DNA from: Promethearchaeota archaeon
GTDB lineage: Archaea > Asgardarchaeota > Heimdallarchaeia > Hodarchaeales > Hodarchaeaceae
DNA: 64,000 nucleotides
Direction: 5' to 3'
NCBI GenBank assembly: GCA_048938105.1
Contig: JBHLMN010000023.1
Span: forward strand, 32,001 to 96,000
The notes under the pieces are model-generated. The model did not search any database. It was not told the origin of the DNA and worked only from the letters and a program-made list of their open reading frames with translations. Below are positions 49,257 to 58,859 of this stretch, piece by piece. The position numbers and the translations under genes are program-made. How positions within the stretch are numbered: position 1 is the first letter of the stretch; every line of letters begins with the position of its first letter.

Positions 49257-50048
49257 ATGAGACGCCGAAAAGAACACCGACAAGTCTTTGAGTTAATCAG
49301 AAATAGCGATTTGGTATTGGAGATAATCGATGCTCGCTTTCCAGTACTTAGTCGTGTTTCTACAATTGAAAGACATCTGGAAAAAATAGGAATTCCGCTT
49401 ATTATCGTTCTTAATAAGTGTGATCTGGTTCCTCGAAATATTTGTGATAGAGCAAAAACAGTTTTAAGTCAAGAATACCCCACAGTATATATTTCTGCCA
49501 GAAACCGCCAAGGAACTAAAATTCTTAGACAAAAAATCGTACAGCTTTCTCAAAAGAAACAAGAGACTCATGTCTCAATTGTTGGAATTCCAAATACCGG
49601 GAAAAGTAGTTTATTAAACATTCTTAGGGGGAAACATGTAGCTCCCACAGGATTGAAACCTGGTGTTACAAGACATTTACAACTTGTCCGTGTATCAAAG
49701 CAAATCTTAATGTATGACACACCAGGTGTTGTACCTTTCGATCATCCTAGTAAGGAACTTCAAGTATTTATGGGAGCTGTTTCTATAGATAAGCTTGAAG
49801 ACCCGCTAAAAACTTCATTTTTTTTTATTGATAGGATAAGAAAGCATTATTCTGAAGGGTTTATGCAACGGTATAATCTTCCCTCTCTATCCATAGATAA
49901 TGAAGCAATAATTACTCATATTACTCAACAACGAGGAATGATTATGAAAGGTGCTCAACCAAATGTTACAGAAGCAGCAAAGGTGTTAATGCGTGAGTTT
50001 ATAGCTGGACTATTCCCATATTGGGAAGAAATTATAGAAAATACCTAA
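49257..50048 (+). CDS. Circularly permuted ribosome-biogenesis GTPase (RbgA/YlqF/Nog2 family)
   Basis: DAR, then G4 NKCD before G1 GIPNTGKSS, G2 PGVT and G3 DTPG. Confidence 0.92.
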   Translation: MRRRKEHRQVFELIRNSDLVLEIIDARFPVLSRVSTIERHLEKIGIPLIIVLNKCDLVPRNICDRAKTVLSQEYPTVYISARNRQGTKILRQKIVQLSQKKQETHVSIVGIPNTGKSSLLNILRGKHVAPTGLKPGVTRHLQLVRVSKQILMYDTPGVVPFDHPSKELQVFMGAVSIDKLEDPLKTSFFFIDRIRKHYSEGFMQRYNLPSLSIDNEAIITHITQQRGMIMKGAQPNVTEAAKVLMREFIAGLFPYWEEIIENT

Positions 50049-50273
50049 CCTTTATAACAAAATATCAGAGATTTTAGCAAAAACTTTGAATTTAAATCCT
50101 TTAATACCTATATAGGGGATTTTTTACGTCCATTCACGATCTACTTATTGTTATAAAGAGAATTTATCCTAATGTTTGATTTTATATTCCTCTTACAAAA
50201 GAACGAAACAATTTTGAGAAGTTATTGTTTAGAGATTTATTAAATTAAATGCTGTTCATTCGGCGTGAAATCA

Positions 50274-51707
50274 ATGACGGATGAGTCTCTTTCTTCTATT
50301 GTTACGTATTCAACAGTATCAACAATTGCTGGGCCTCTCCTCTTTGTTAAAAATATAAAGGGGGTTTCTTACGGTGAAATTGTAAGTGTATCTAGTCCAA
50401 TCGGTGAAAGACGTACAGGCCAAGTGTTAGAAGTCTCTGAAGACATTGCAGTGGTTCAAGTCTTCGAAGGAACTCAGGGTCTTGATACCCAGAAAACATC
50501 CGTGAGATTTCTCGGTGAAACTATTAAAATTGCAGTAGCACAAGATATGCTTGGGCGAATCTTCTCTGGAAGTGGAAAAGTCATAGATGCAGGCCCTCAA
50601 ATTTTTGCTGAGGAGCGTCTCGATATAACAGGAGCGCCTATTAATCCTTATGCACGAGAATACCCTCGAGAGTTCATCCAGACGGGTATTTCATCAATCG
50701 ATGGCTTAAATACCCTTATTCGCGGCCAAAAGTTGCCCATTTTTTCAGGCAGCGGTCTTCCTCACAATAACATTGCAGCTCAAATAGCTAGACAGGCCAA
50801 GGTTCTAGGGAAAGAAGAGGAATTTGCGGTAATTTTTGCTGCAATGGGAATCACAACAGAAGAAGCACGATTTTTTCGTTCAGATTTTGAAAAAACTGGA
50901 GCTCTAGAACGAGTTATTCTATTTTTAAATCTTGCTGATTCCCCTGCTGCAGAACGATTGATTACTCCTAGGATAGCTCTTTCTACTGCTGAATATCTAG
51001 CATTTGAATATGATTATCACTGTTTAGTCATCCTTACTGATATGACAAACTATGCTGAAGCTCTACGTGAAATATCAGCGGCACGAGAGGAAGTTCCTGG
51101 ACGACGAGGATATCCAGGGTATCTCTACACAGATTTAGCTACCATCTATGAGCGAGCGGGCCGAATAAAAGGCAAATTAGGAACAATTACTCAACTTCCG
51201 ATTTTATCAATGCCTTCTGATGATATTACACACCCCATTCCCGATCTATCTGGTTATATCACAGAAGGTCAATTAATTATAGATCGTGGTCTCCACCGAA
51301 GAGGGATTTACCCGCCTATTGACCCCATGCCCAGTCTTAGTCGTTTAATGCGTGAAGGCATAGGCCGAAATCGAACTCATGTGACCCATAAGTCAGTATC
51401 AGATCAAATGTTTGCTGGGTATTCTATGGGTAGAAATCTGCGTGATCTCGTGGCAGTTGTGGGAGAAGAAAGCTTAACTACTGTTGATAAGAAATACCTG
51501 GATTTTGCTGATAGATTTGAAAACGAATTTCTTCAACAGGATTATTATGAATCAAGGGAAGTATTTGAAACCCTTGAGCTAGCATGGGATTTATTATCAG
51601 ATCTTCCAGAAGATGAATTAAAGAGAATTCCACCCAAAATGCTAAAAATGTATCATCCACGATATCGTGGAGATAGAAAACTCTCTATAGATGATCCTGA
51701 ACCATAA
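50274..51707 (+). CDS. atpB: A/V-type ATP synthase subunit B
   Basis: [70 protein letters not shown]. No intein. Confidence 0.96.
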   Translation: MTDESLSSIVTYSTVSTIAGPLLFVKNIKGVSYGEIVSVSSPIGERRTGQVLEVSEDIAVVQVFEGTQGLDTQKTSVRFLGETIKIAVAQDMLGRIFSGSGKVIDAGPQIFAEERLDITGAPINPYAREYPREFIQTGISSIDGLNTLIRGQKLPIFSGSGLPHNNIAAQIARQAKVLGKEEEFAVIFAAMGITTEEARFFRSDFEKTGALERVILFLNLADSPAAERLITPRIALSTAEYLAFEYDYHCLVILTDMTNYAEALREISAAREEVPGRRGYPGYLYTDLATIYERAGRIKGKLGTITQLPILSMPSDDITHPIPDLSGYITEGQLIIDRGLHRRGIYPPIDPMPSLSRLMREGIGRNRTHVTHKSVSDQMFAGYSMGRNLRDLVAVVGEESLTTVDKKYLDFADRFENEFLQQDYYESREVFETLELAWDLLSDLPEDELKRIPPKMLKMYHPRYRGDRKLSIDDPEP

Positions 51708-51974
51708 TTAAATTACTAGACTTTTTCTATTTGTATGATTCGCTTAAAGAAAAAAGATAAAGATAAAATATTACCACATTGCTTAAAAATAAGATACATG
51801 AATGTAAAAATTAAATAAAAAAAATAAAACTCAAAAAAAAATAGTGTAAGCTATAAAATATTAGATTGCCATTCCCATAAACAGATAATTAGTAGTACGA
51901 AAAATATGTAAGCTGATAGTTCACAAAGAAAAACAGTAATTATCTCTTGTCAAACAAATGGGTGAAGATGAACT

Positions 51975-53225
51975 ATGGTTAGTTGGAAGGTTATGTTTGC
52001 TTTAGGGGCACAGGATGAGGAAATTGAGTTATTTGATGCAGCAACCTTAGTTGATTGGGATCCAGAATTTAAAGGGGAGCTTATCGCTAGCTTCTTCAAA
52101 ACTGACTACACTTGGATACCAGGATTAAAATCAGTGACACGAGATGATGTAATGTTCTCCCCTAAGAATTTCTTTGTAGTAGTAGGAAGGAAGTGGGGAG
52201 AATCTCAAACTCAAAGCATCCCATTGGGAGTACTTTTCGAGTTTACCGAGGGAGATCTACGATTACGAGGAGTAGGCCCAAAAAGCTTGTCAGAAAAAGC
52301 TGGAGGTGATAGTAACCTCCTTTTAAACTTAGTATCTGATCTTTTCGACAAACCTGATTTATGGAAAAGCAAAATCAGCATTTCTGCTAAGCCAAAAAGT
52401 GAATGGAAGGTAATTAGTGACATAATTGGAGAAGAACCTTGGCTTTTAATTGAGCAAGGCCGTAGAATAATGAAAACAGATCCTAGGAGAGCTATGGAAA
52501 ATTTCACAAAAGCTTATAAAATATTCGACATTTTAACAGATATTAACGGTAAATTTCATGCAGTATTCGCCCAAGCTGAGTTATCACTTGATTCTATGAA
52601 TTTTGATCTCACTAAAAATAGATTAGAATCGTTATGGGAGTTTACAAGTCAGTTAGGCGACCCCATGCTTGAAGAAAACATTTTATCAACTGAGGGTATT
52701 CTTCTATACGAAAATCATCTCTATGAGCAGGCTATTGCAAAATTTGAACAAGCTTTAGAACGTGCAAAAAAAGCCAATATTCACAAAGCAGTTGTTAACG
52801 CTTATTGTAATATTGGTGAATGCTACTTTCGTGTCCAAAAATATGAAGAAGCAATGAAAAATTTTGATAAATCTCGTTCGTTAGCTGAATCAAGACAGGA
52901 TCGTTATTCTCTTGCTATGTCTCAAGTTAATTTAGCTAAAGTATTGAAACAGTATGTACGGCAAGGGGATAGTTCTAGTGCTGCTCAAGCGGTATATTAT
53001 CTTGAAGAAGCTATTCAGCTCTTTGAGGAGCTTGATGATAAAAAAGGACTTCTAATTGCACATGGTTTATTTGGGGAGATTGAAGGACTACAAGGAAGTT
53101 TTGAAAAAGCTCTAATGCACTTTGAATTTGCAGCTGAAAAGGCTCAAACAACAAACGAACATCAGTTTCAAGAATTTTATAGACAAAAAGCTCAAGAAAT
53201 GAAAGATAGGCTTTACGACCTCTAA
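51975..53225 (+). CDS. Tetratricopeptide-repeat protein with unknown N-terminal domain
   Basis: About six TPRs (YEQAIAKFEQALERA, AYCNIGECY..YEEAMKNFDKS, LEEAIQLFEEL). Confidence 0.8.
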   Translation: MVSWKVMFALGAQDEEIELFDAATLVDWDPEFKGELIASFFKTDYTWIPGLKSVTRDDVMFSPKNFFVVVGRKWGESQTQSIPLGVLFEFTEGDLRLRGVGPKSLSEKAGGDSNLLLNLVSDLFDKPDLWKSKISISAKPKSEWKVISDIIGEEPWLLIEQGRRIMKTDPRRAMENFTKAYKIFDILTDINGKFHAVFAQAELSLDSMNFDLTKNRLESLWEFTSQLGDPMLEENILSTEGILLYENHLYEQAIAKFEQALERAKKANIHKAVVNAYCNIGECYFRVQKYEEAMKNFDKSRSLAESRQDRYSLAMSQVNLAKVLKQYVRQGDSSSAAQAVYYLEEAIQLFEELDDKKGLLIAHGLFGEIEGLQGSFEKALMHFEFAAEKAQTTNEHQFQEFYRQKAQEMKDRLYDL

Positions 53226-53277
53226 ATAATCGGTTCTAACATCACTTAATTCTCCCCTCTTTGATTATATCGTGTTT

Positions 53278-53682
53278 TTATCCGAGAATTTCACCAATTT
53301 TTTTTGCAGCTTGTTTCATATCAAGGAATATCAGCCCTAATTTCACAGAACGACTTGCTGAAGTTGTTAAGACAGCTTTTGTCCCTGCTTGGACTGAAAT
53401 TAAGTATCCACTGTCTCCCTCAACTAAGATACGTGTCATTTCCCCTTTCCCAGTTTCCATCACAGCTCTTTCACCCAAACTTAAGATAGCTGCCGTCATC
53501 GCCGCCACTCGCACGTCATCCAACCCTGAAGGCAGTGTTGGAGGCCAGGATGAAATTGGTAACCCCTCTAAGGATACTACAGAGGCAAAATCTATTGCTG
53601 GTAGTTTACTTACAAAACCTTCTAGCACTTCTGCTATTTCTTTGTGTACTTGGGTATCTGTTTCACTATCTGGAATGTACAC
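53278..53682 (-). CDS. Roadblock/LC7 (MglB-like) protein
   Basis: ASVVSLEGLPISS, RVAAMTAAILSLGER, ILVEGDSG, KLGLIFLDMK. Confidence 0.93.
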   Translation of the reverse strand: MYIPDSETDTQVHKEIAEVLEGFVSKLPAIDFASVVSLEGLPISSWPPTLPSGLDDVRVAAMTAAILSLGERAVMETGKGEMTRILVEGDSGYLISVQAGTKAVLTTSASRSVKLGLIFLDMKQAAKKIGEILG

Positions 53683-54118
53683 TTATTACACCCCTACTAT
53701 GAGTAATTCTTGTAACATTTTCTTGAATTTTTGCATCTCTCATAACGTTATTTCGAATTTCTATCATTCTTGTTACAATTGATGTCGTTGTATATTCTTA
53801 ATTTGGGCGACTTATGTGAATATTATAACTCTAATATATAAGAATTCTTATTCCTAAAAATCTTACAGGATCAATGATTCTTAGGAAATATCATCTTCTA
53901 ACAATCAAAGCAGATCAAGGATAAGAAAATCAGTAAAGAAAAAATAAGTGCCTGACATGTAGATGTTATAATGTGAATCTTAAGGCATTGAATATTTAAA
54001 GCACAATCAACGAGTGTAAATCAGTTTATTATTTCTTTGAGATGAATTGTTTCCTTTAGTTGGTATTTTTGTCGAGAGATGAACCAAGTGCTAGATGTTG
54101 CTTTTCTTCTAGAATCAT

Positions 54119-54706
54119 TCAAGCTCTGGCTATTTGAGACTCTTTAGTTCCATAAAGCTGAATCATAAGGATTTCACGAGCTAATGATTGAAATGCACGT
54201 TTGACTCCGAGACCCGTGGTCGCAACGGTCTCATAGATGGGATAATCTTGGATTTTCAACTTGCTTACCAGCTCTGATCTAGGTAAAGCATCCTGTACAT
54301 CTCGCTTGTTAAGAGTAATCACAAGAGGGATGGTTTTTCCTAGTTGATCACCTAAACGCATTTTCAACTCATTGAAAGATTCCACGTTCTCTTGAAATTG
54401 GGAAGCACTAGAATCGACAACAAAAATAAGACCATCTACTCCTCGTATCACTATCTTACGTTGGTGTTTGTGACGTTCTTGACCTGCAGTTGTATATACA
54501 TCAAAAACAACACCTGTAGTTGCTTGCATTGGGACGAAATCGAAAAATAAGGTACGACCCGTGGGATCGGCTAATTGAGTAAATTTCCCTTTTTCAAGTC
54601 CATCCACTTTTTTATACAACCAAGCTAATGTTGTTGTTTTCCCACCCAGAGATGGGCCATAGAATACAACTTTGAATCGATGACGACCTTCTGCATCCTT
54701 TCTCAA
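54119..54706 (-). CDS. MglA-type small GTPase
   Basis: KVVFYGPSLGGKTT, GRTLFFDF (intrinsic Arg), YTTAGQ in place of DxxG, GVDGLIFVVDS, NKRD, ETVATTG. Confidence 0.9.
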   Translation of the reverse strand: MRKDAEGRHRFKVVFYGPSLGGKTTTLAWLYKKVDGLEKGKFTQLADPTGRTLFFDFVPMQATTGVVFDVYTTAGQERHKHQRKIVIRGVDGLIFVVDSSASQFQENVESFNELKMRLGDQLGKTIPLVITLNKRDVQDALPRSELVSKLKIQDYPIYETVATTGLGVKRAFQSLAREILMIQLYGTKESQIARA

Positions 54707-54752
54707 GAAATAAGTCTCCTCTGAAGGTTAGGAGTCGTGATTCAGAAATCTT

Positions 54753-55259
54753 TTAGAATTTTTCAAGTTCACGTAATGCTGCTTCTAGTTCATCTTTCTC
54801 AAGGCTTGTACGAATCTCAGGAGTCGCAGAAGCCACCCCTCCAACTGGTCGTGTGGGTTTTCCAGCTAGAAATTCGTCCAAAATATTACTGAGTTCTTCA
54901 TTGGCTTTTCTCATGAGTAGACGGATCATTCCAATATTGACATCAGCATCAGATATGATTGTCAAAATTCCACGCCCGCAGGCACTTGCGAAGATCTTAC
55001 CAGTATCAAACTCTGAAGTAACAATATCTAGGCCACCAATAGTTAGATTCAGGCCCTGTTCTGCAGATGCCATAAACACAGCTGAAGCAATAGCCCCAAT
55101 ACCATCTACATCAACACTTACATAGCTGAATTTAGAGACGTGGGCAATTGTAAGACCAGTTCGATCAACAAGAATCACTTTTTTTATGCCTGGTTCGCTT
55201 TTTATGATCTTACTAAGTACAGTGTCAAATCTTCTGGGATCTATCATGGTTATTACCAA
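54753..55259 (-). CDS. Roadblock/LC7 (MglB-like) protein with C-terminal linker and helix
   Basis: ILVDRTGLTIA, GAIASAVF.A...QG, NIGMIRL; ends EKDELEAALRELEKF. Confidence 0.9.
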   Translation of the reverse strand: MVITMIDPRRFDTVLSKIIKSEPGIKKVILVDRTGLTIAHVSKFSYVSVDVDGIGAIASAVFMASAEQGLNLTIGGLDIVTSEFDTGKIFASACGRGILTIISDADVNIGMIRLLMRKANEELSNILDEFLAGKPTRPVGGVASATPEIRTSLEKDELEAALRELEKF

Positions 55260-55496
55260 TATTTTCTTTTATTTTGAAATTCCTCGGCTCTTAATGAGGA
55301 ATTAGCTTGAATAACCACACACAGGTCATTTATATGTGATTATGTATTATGATTTATTCTTATCCTTTTAACTTTTTTTAATTTCTCTAAAAAAAGGTTC
55401 TTATTTTGAATTTAGCTACTCGTTTTTAGAGACTTGCGAAGATGGCAATGAAAAAGGGCCTATGATGAGCTGAATATCATTTTTATATGGTGATTT

Positions 55497-56324
55497 TCAT
55501 AATAAAATCACCATGAACAATAATACAAGATTTCCAAAAAGAATATCAATAAAAAATCCTAACATCAAAATAAAAATGAACGGAAGTGATGGTTGAACCC
55601 AAATAGAACGTTTTTCTGTAATTTGAATCAAAGAGATTAGATTCTGCTTTCTTGTAAGATCAGCTTCAGGTGTATCAAGGCGTGTCCGAAACGATATACT
55701 CCATCCACCTTCCTCTTTAAATTCTTCTAAAAAATCAATATGCCATGGTCTTTCTTCCAATTCTTTGGCAAGATTTTGAGTCAGTCGCGGATACCCAATG
55801 AAGCGAATAGAAAATCGTTTCCACATTGATTCGTTTGAAATTATATAAAGGTCGGGATATAAACGCTGATTTACAACATTATAGCCAAAAATCAGAAATG
55901 GTATAGGAAGTGCAATAAAATAAGCGTTGAAGAAAGTTCCAAGGATTCTTGGAGTAATTGAAATAAGAATCTCGTAAACAGGATCTTGAAAAAGGATTAG
56001 TGGGGGAGAAATGGGAGAAATAAATCCAATAGCGATAAAGGCGATTCGATCTGCTTCCCCACCCAACCCAGAGAAAGTTAAAAATAGAGCTAGACCGAGA
56101 GAAAAACCGATATTTACTACCCAAATCATAAAATATTCAAGAATAGTCTCTTTGGCTAAAATTAGTAAGATTAATTGAAAAATATGAATTACAATACCTC
56201 CAACAATCATGCTTAGCCAAATCCAATCCGCTACTTCCCGAGTTTTAATATCGTGCCATGATCCTATAGACAAGAATAAGAAAGCAAAAATTAAGAGAAT
56301 AATATTCAATTCTGATCCAATCAT
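55497..56324 (-). CDS. Prepilin/pre-archaellin peptidase (A24, PibD/FlaK-like)
   Basis: SWHDIKTREV, GLGGEAD, IWVQPSLPF, multi-TM. Confidence 0.85.
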   Translation of the reverse strand: MIGSELNIILLIFAFLFLSIGSWHDIKTREVADWIWLSMIVGGIVIHIFQLILLILAKETILEYFMIWVVNIGFSLGLALFLTFSGLGGEADRIAFIAIGFISPISPPLILFQDPVYEILISITPRILGTFFNAYFIALPIPFLIFGYNVVNQRLYPDLYIISNESMWKRFSIRFIGYPRLTQNLAKELEERPWHIDFLEEFKEEGGWSISFRTRLDTPEADLTRKQNLISLIQITEKRSIWVQPSLPFIFILMLGFFIDILFGNLVLLFMVILL

Positions 56325-56795
56325 CTGACATTAAACCTTTACATGGTTAATTTCAGGTCATTATTCTAAGAATTGTTTACCCATTTTTATGATTAATGAG
56401 GTAAGAACTACCCTGGTTCCTCAGTTCAAGAATTATGGATTTCACATTTTTATCTATGAGAATAATCTACCTGGAGTATCATTTTAATTACGACTTTTTC
56501 TCTCAACAGACCTTTGAAACCGTTTCAACAAGACAATTAAACCTTATGGCCCAAGAGTATCAAATATATCAATTGGAATGAATTTCAAGAGTTATTATTC
56601 ATGTATTTAAAAATTTGAAAGATCTGCAGAGTCTCAAAAGGGGTAATTCTAAAGAATTTTGGGTTGTACTCATTTATAACGGAGTGGTAGGTAGATCAAG
56701 AGAAAAAACTATGAAATATTTGAATATACTTAAAATCCCTTAAAGGAGTCCTCTAAGGATAGCATAATATATAAATCTAAATCTTTTTGAGCCCC

Positions 56796-56806
56796 TTGCT
56801 TTAAAG
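56796..56806 (+). promoter_or_regulatory. TATA box of tRNA-Thr
   Basis: TTTAAA about 16-22 nt upstream of the mature tRNA 5' end. Spacing is somewhat short. Confidence 0.35.
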
Positions 56807-56821
56807 GCCCTTCCGAAAAAA

Positions 56822-56974
56822 GCCACTGTGGCTTAGTTTTGGTTAGATGGCTCAGGGTTGCAGCGTCTACCAGATAGAGAAGCCCGGTTATAGCGCCTCC
56901 TTGGTATTTTTCTTTCCAGTCTTGGAAGAGAAACAGTTAGGAGGATGTCGTGGGTTCAAATCCCACCAGTGGCT
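56822..56974 (+). tRNA. tRNA-Thr(GGT) with canonical 37/38 intron (56907-56938) and ~46-nt D-arm insertion (~56837-56882)
   Basis: Acceptor GCCACTG/CAGTGGC-T, anticodon stem CCTCC/GGAGG with loop TTGGTA|A, T arm GTGGG-TTCAAAT-CCCAC. Removing both inserts leaves a 75-nt cloverleaf. Confidence 0.88.
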
Positions 56975-57032
56975 TTCTTATTAAGAAGACATACTTTAGT
57001 ACTCAATTTTTATAAAACCCCGAGGAGATCAT

Positions 57033-57668
57033 TTGGATTATAGGAGCCTATATGAATTATGGCTAGAAGAAAGAGCTAGTTCAACTCTTCTAAAGATACC
57101 TGCAGATTTTTATATTTCCATGGATGGGAAATTGGCTAAATTATATAGAAAACCACAAAATCTAGAATGGGAAGAGATAGTAGATGAAATTATAGGAAGA
57201 ATGGAGTTTCTCCGTAAAGATCTCGTTCAACTAAGATTAACAAAAATACTAAATTCAATAGTTTATAATGTACCAATCGATTTGGAAAACCGGTGTACTT
57301 GGGGAGAACGCCGTTTAATTAAAGATTTAAGAAACGCTATTGAAACGCTTGGCATGGAGAAACCAAACATTTTAGATACTCAGGATAATCTTCCAATCAC
57401 GAATCTCCAGGAAGATTCGGACGTAGAGTCTAATCAAATTGAGGAGAATAGCGATGCTATTCCCACTTCCCAAGTTAATTTGATAATTAGGATTCTTGAC
57501 GATGTCGAAGCCTTTATTGGTCTGGATAACAAGCGATATGGCCCCTTAACAAGGCATGATATTGTACGTTTGCCCTTAGAGAACGCTAAAGCTCTAATTG
57601 CCCGAGGAATGGCAAGAATAATAGAAATAGACGAAAAAAAAAAGGTAATTTTAGGTGAAAAAATGTGA
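57033..57668 (+). CDS. GINS subunit (Gins51/Gins15 type)
   Basis: Helical A domain (WLEER..LLKIPADFY, LRLTKI) and C-terminal B domain (FIGLDNKRYGPL..DIVRLPLENAKALI.RG.A). Sits upstream of eS27-aIF2alpha. Confidence 0.82.
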   Translation: MDYRSLYELWLEERASSTLLKIPADFYISMDGKLAKLYRKPQNLEWEEIVDEIIGRMEFLRKDLVQLRLTKILNSIVYNVPIDLENRCTWGERRLIKDLRNAIETLGMEKPNILDTQDNLPITNLQEDSDVESNQIEENSDAIPTSQVNLIIRILDDVEAFIGLDNKRYGPLTRHDIVRLPLENAKALIARGMARIIEIDEKKKVILGEKM

Positions 57669-57853
57669 GAAGACGCTATATTCCTCAACCTCGTTCACAC
57701 TTTCTAAAAGTGACTTGTGAATGCGGGAATGTTCAAGAGATTTTTTCTCATGCCACAACCGTTATTGTTTGCCGCGTTTGTGGGAAAACTCTTGCAGAAC
57801 CTAGTGGAGGAATTACAAAATTGTATGGGGAAGTTATTGAGGTTTTAGACTAA
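57665..57853 (+). CDS. rps27e: Ribosomal protein eS27
   Basis: PQPRSHFLKVTCECGN..IFSHA...CRVCG..LAEPSGG. Confidence 0.95.
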   Translation: MRRRYIPQPRSHFLKVTCECGNVQEIFSHATTVIVCRVCGKTLAEPSGGITKLYGEVIEVLD

Positions 57854-57870
57854 AAAAAAGGCGATAATGA

Positions 57871-58656
57871 ATGGATACTAATTTTCCAAGAGTCGGTGAA
57901 CTCATTATTGGTACTTGCTCCAAACTAACACCACATGGAGCATATTTTGAAATTTTCGATTATGAGAAACTGGGCCAAGAAGCAGGTTTTGTTCATATCT
58001 CAGAGCTAAGCCGTACTTGGGTTCGGAATATTCGTAGTCATATTCGTGAAGGACAAAGAGCAGTAGCCAAAATCTTACGGGTTGACACGGCCCGAGGGGA
58101 GATTGACATGTCCATTCGACGAGTATCAGAACCACAGCGGAGGTCTAAACTTAACGAATTCAAACAGGAAAATCGTGCTAGAGGTCTCGTAACAGTTGCT
58201 TGTGAAAAAGTCGAAGTTTCTGCTGATAGCGTTGAAGAATCTCTTTTGGGAAAATTTGGCTCTATTTATGAAGGAGTAATCCAAGCAAGGGAAGGAGGTG
58301 TAAGTTTGCTTACTGAAATTGGAGTTCCCAAAGCTGCTGCACATGAAATTTATCAATTGGCATTAAAAGAACTACAACCACCAACAGTTCGATTAAGTGG
58401 GCTAGTCCGAATAACTTGTTACGAACCTGAAGGAGTACTTCTTCTTAAGAAATTCTTTACCTCCTACAATAAGAATTTTGATAAAAAGTATAAAGGTTCT
58501 CAGATCAAAATTCAGATCATTTCTCCACCTGATTATCGTTGTGTGATCGAGAGTGGAGACTGGAGAACTGCAGAAGGCATTTGGACTGATATACAGAAGG
58601 AGACTGAACAATACTTTTCTCCTTATGATGCTGAATATTCTTTTGAAAGACAATAA
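57871..58656 (+). CDS. eif2a: Translation initiation factor aIF2 alpha
   Basis: FPRVGEL, S1 domain HISELSRTWVRNIR, ILRVD..RGEIDMSIRRV, PPDYR. Confidence 0.94.
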   Translation: MDTNFPRVGELIIGTCSKLTPHGAYFEIFDYEKLGQEAGFVHISELSRTWVRNIRSHIREGQRAVAKILRVDTARGEIDMSIRRVSEPQRRSKLNEFKQENRARGLVTVACEKVEVSADSVEESLLGKFGSIYEGVIQAREGGVSLLTEIGVPKAAAHEIYQLALKELQPPTVRLSGLVRITCYEPEGVLLLKKFFTSYNKNFDKKYKGSQIKIQIISPPDYRCVIESGDWRTAEGIWTDIQKETEQYFSPYDAEYSFERQ

Positions 58657-58682
58657 ATGCAATAATGTAAACTGGGATACGA

Positions 58683-58859
58683 ATGCGCCTGTTAAGAAAG
58701 TGTAAATGCCAATATACTATCGATCAATCAAAGAAAATATGCGATAAATGTGGGGGAAGGTTTCATAGCGCGTACCCACCAAAATTTTCTCTTTATGATA
58801 AATATGCTGATTATAAACGCAAAATGAAAGAACTTGCTAAACAAAGGGGATTATTATGA
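58683..58859 (+). CDS. nop10: H/ACA RNP protein Nop10
   Basis: Not in the ORF track. Manual translation: MRLLRKCKCQYTIDQSKKICDKCGGRFHSAYPPKFSLYDKYADYKRKMKELAKQRGLL*. Usual position after aIF2alpha. Confidence 0.9.
   Translation: MRLLRKCKCQYTIDQSKKICDKCGGRFHSAYPPKFSLYDKYADYKRKMKELAKQRGLL

Noticed and set aside
55461-55480. ATGATGA-G-CTGA as a C/D-box sRNA
   Set aside because: The boxes are adjacent with no guide region, which is expected by chance in AT-rich DNA.
56325-57032. Integrated element at tRNA-Thr (also considered at tRNA-Leu)
   Set aside because: No integrase or duplicated tRNA 3' end was seen, and core genes flank both tRNAs.
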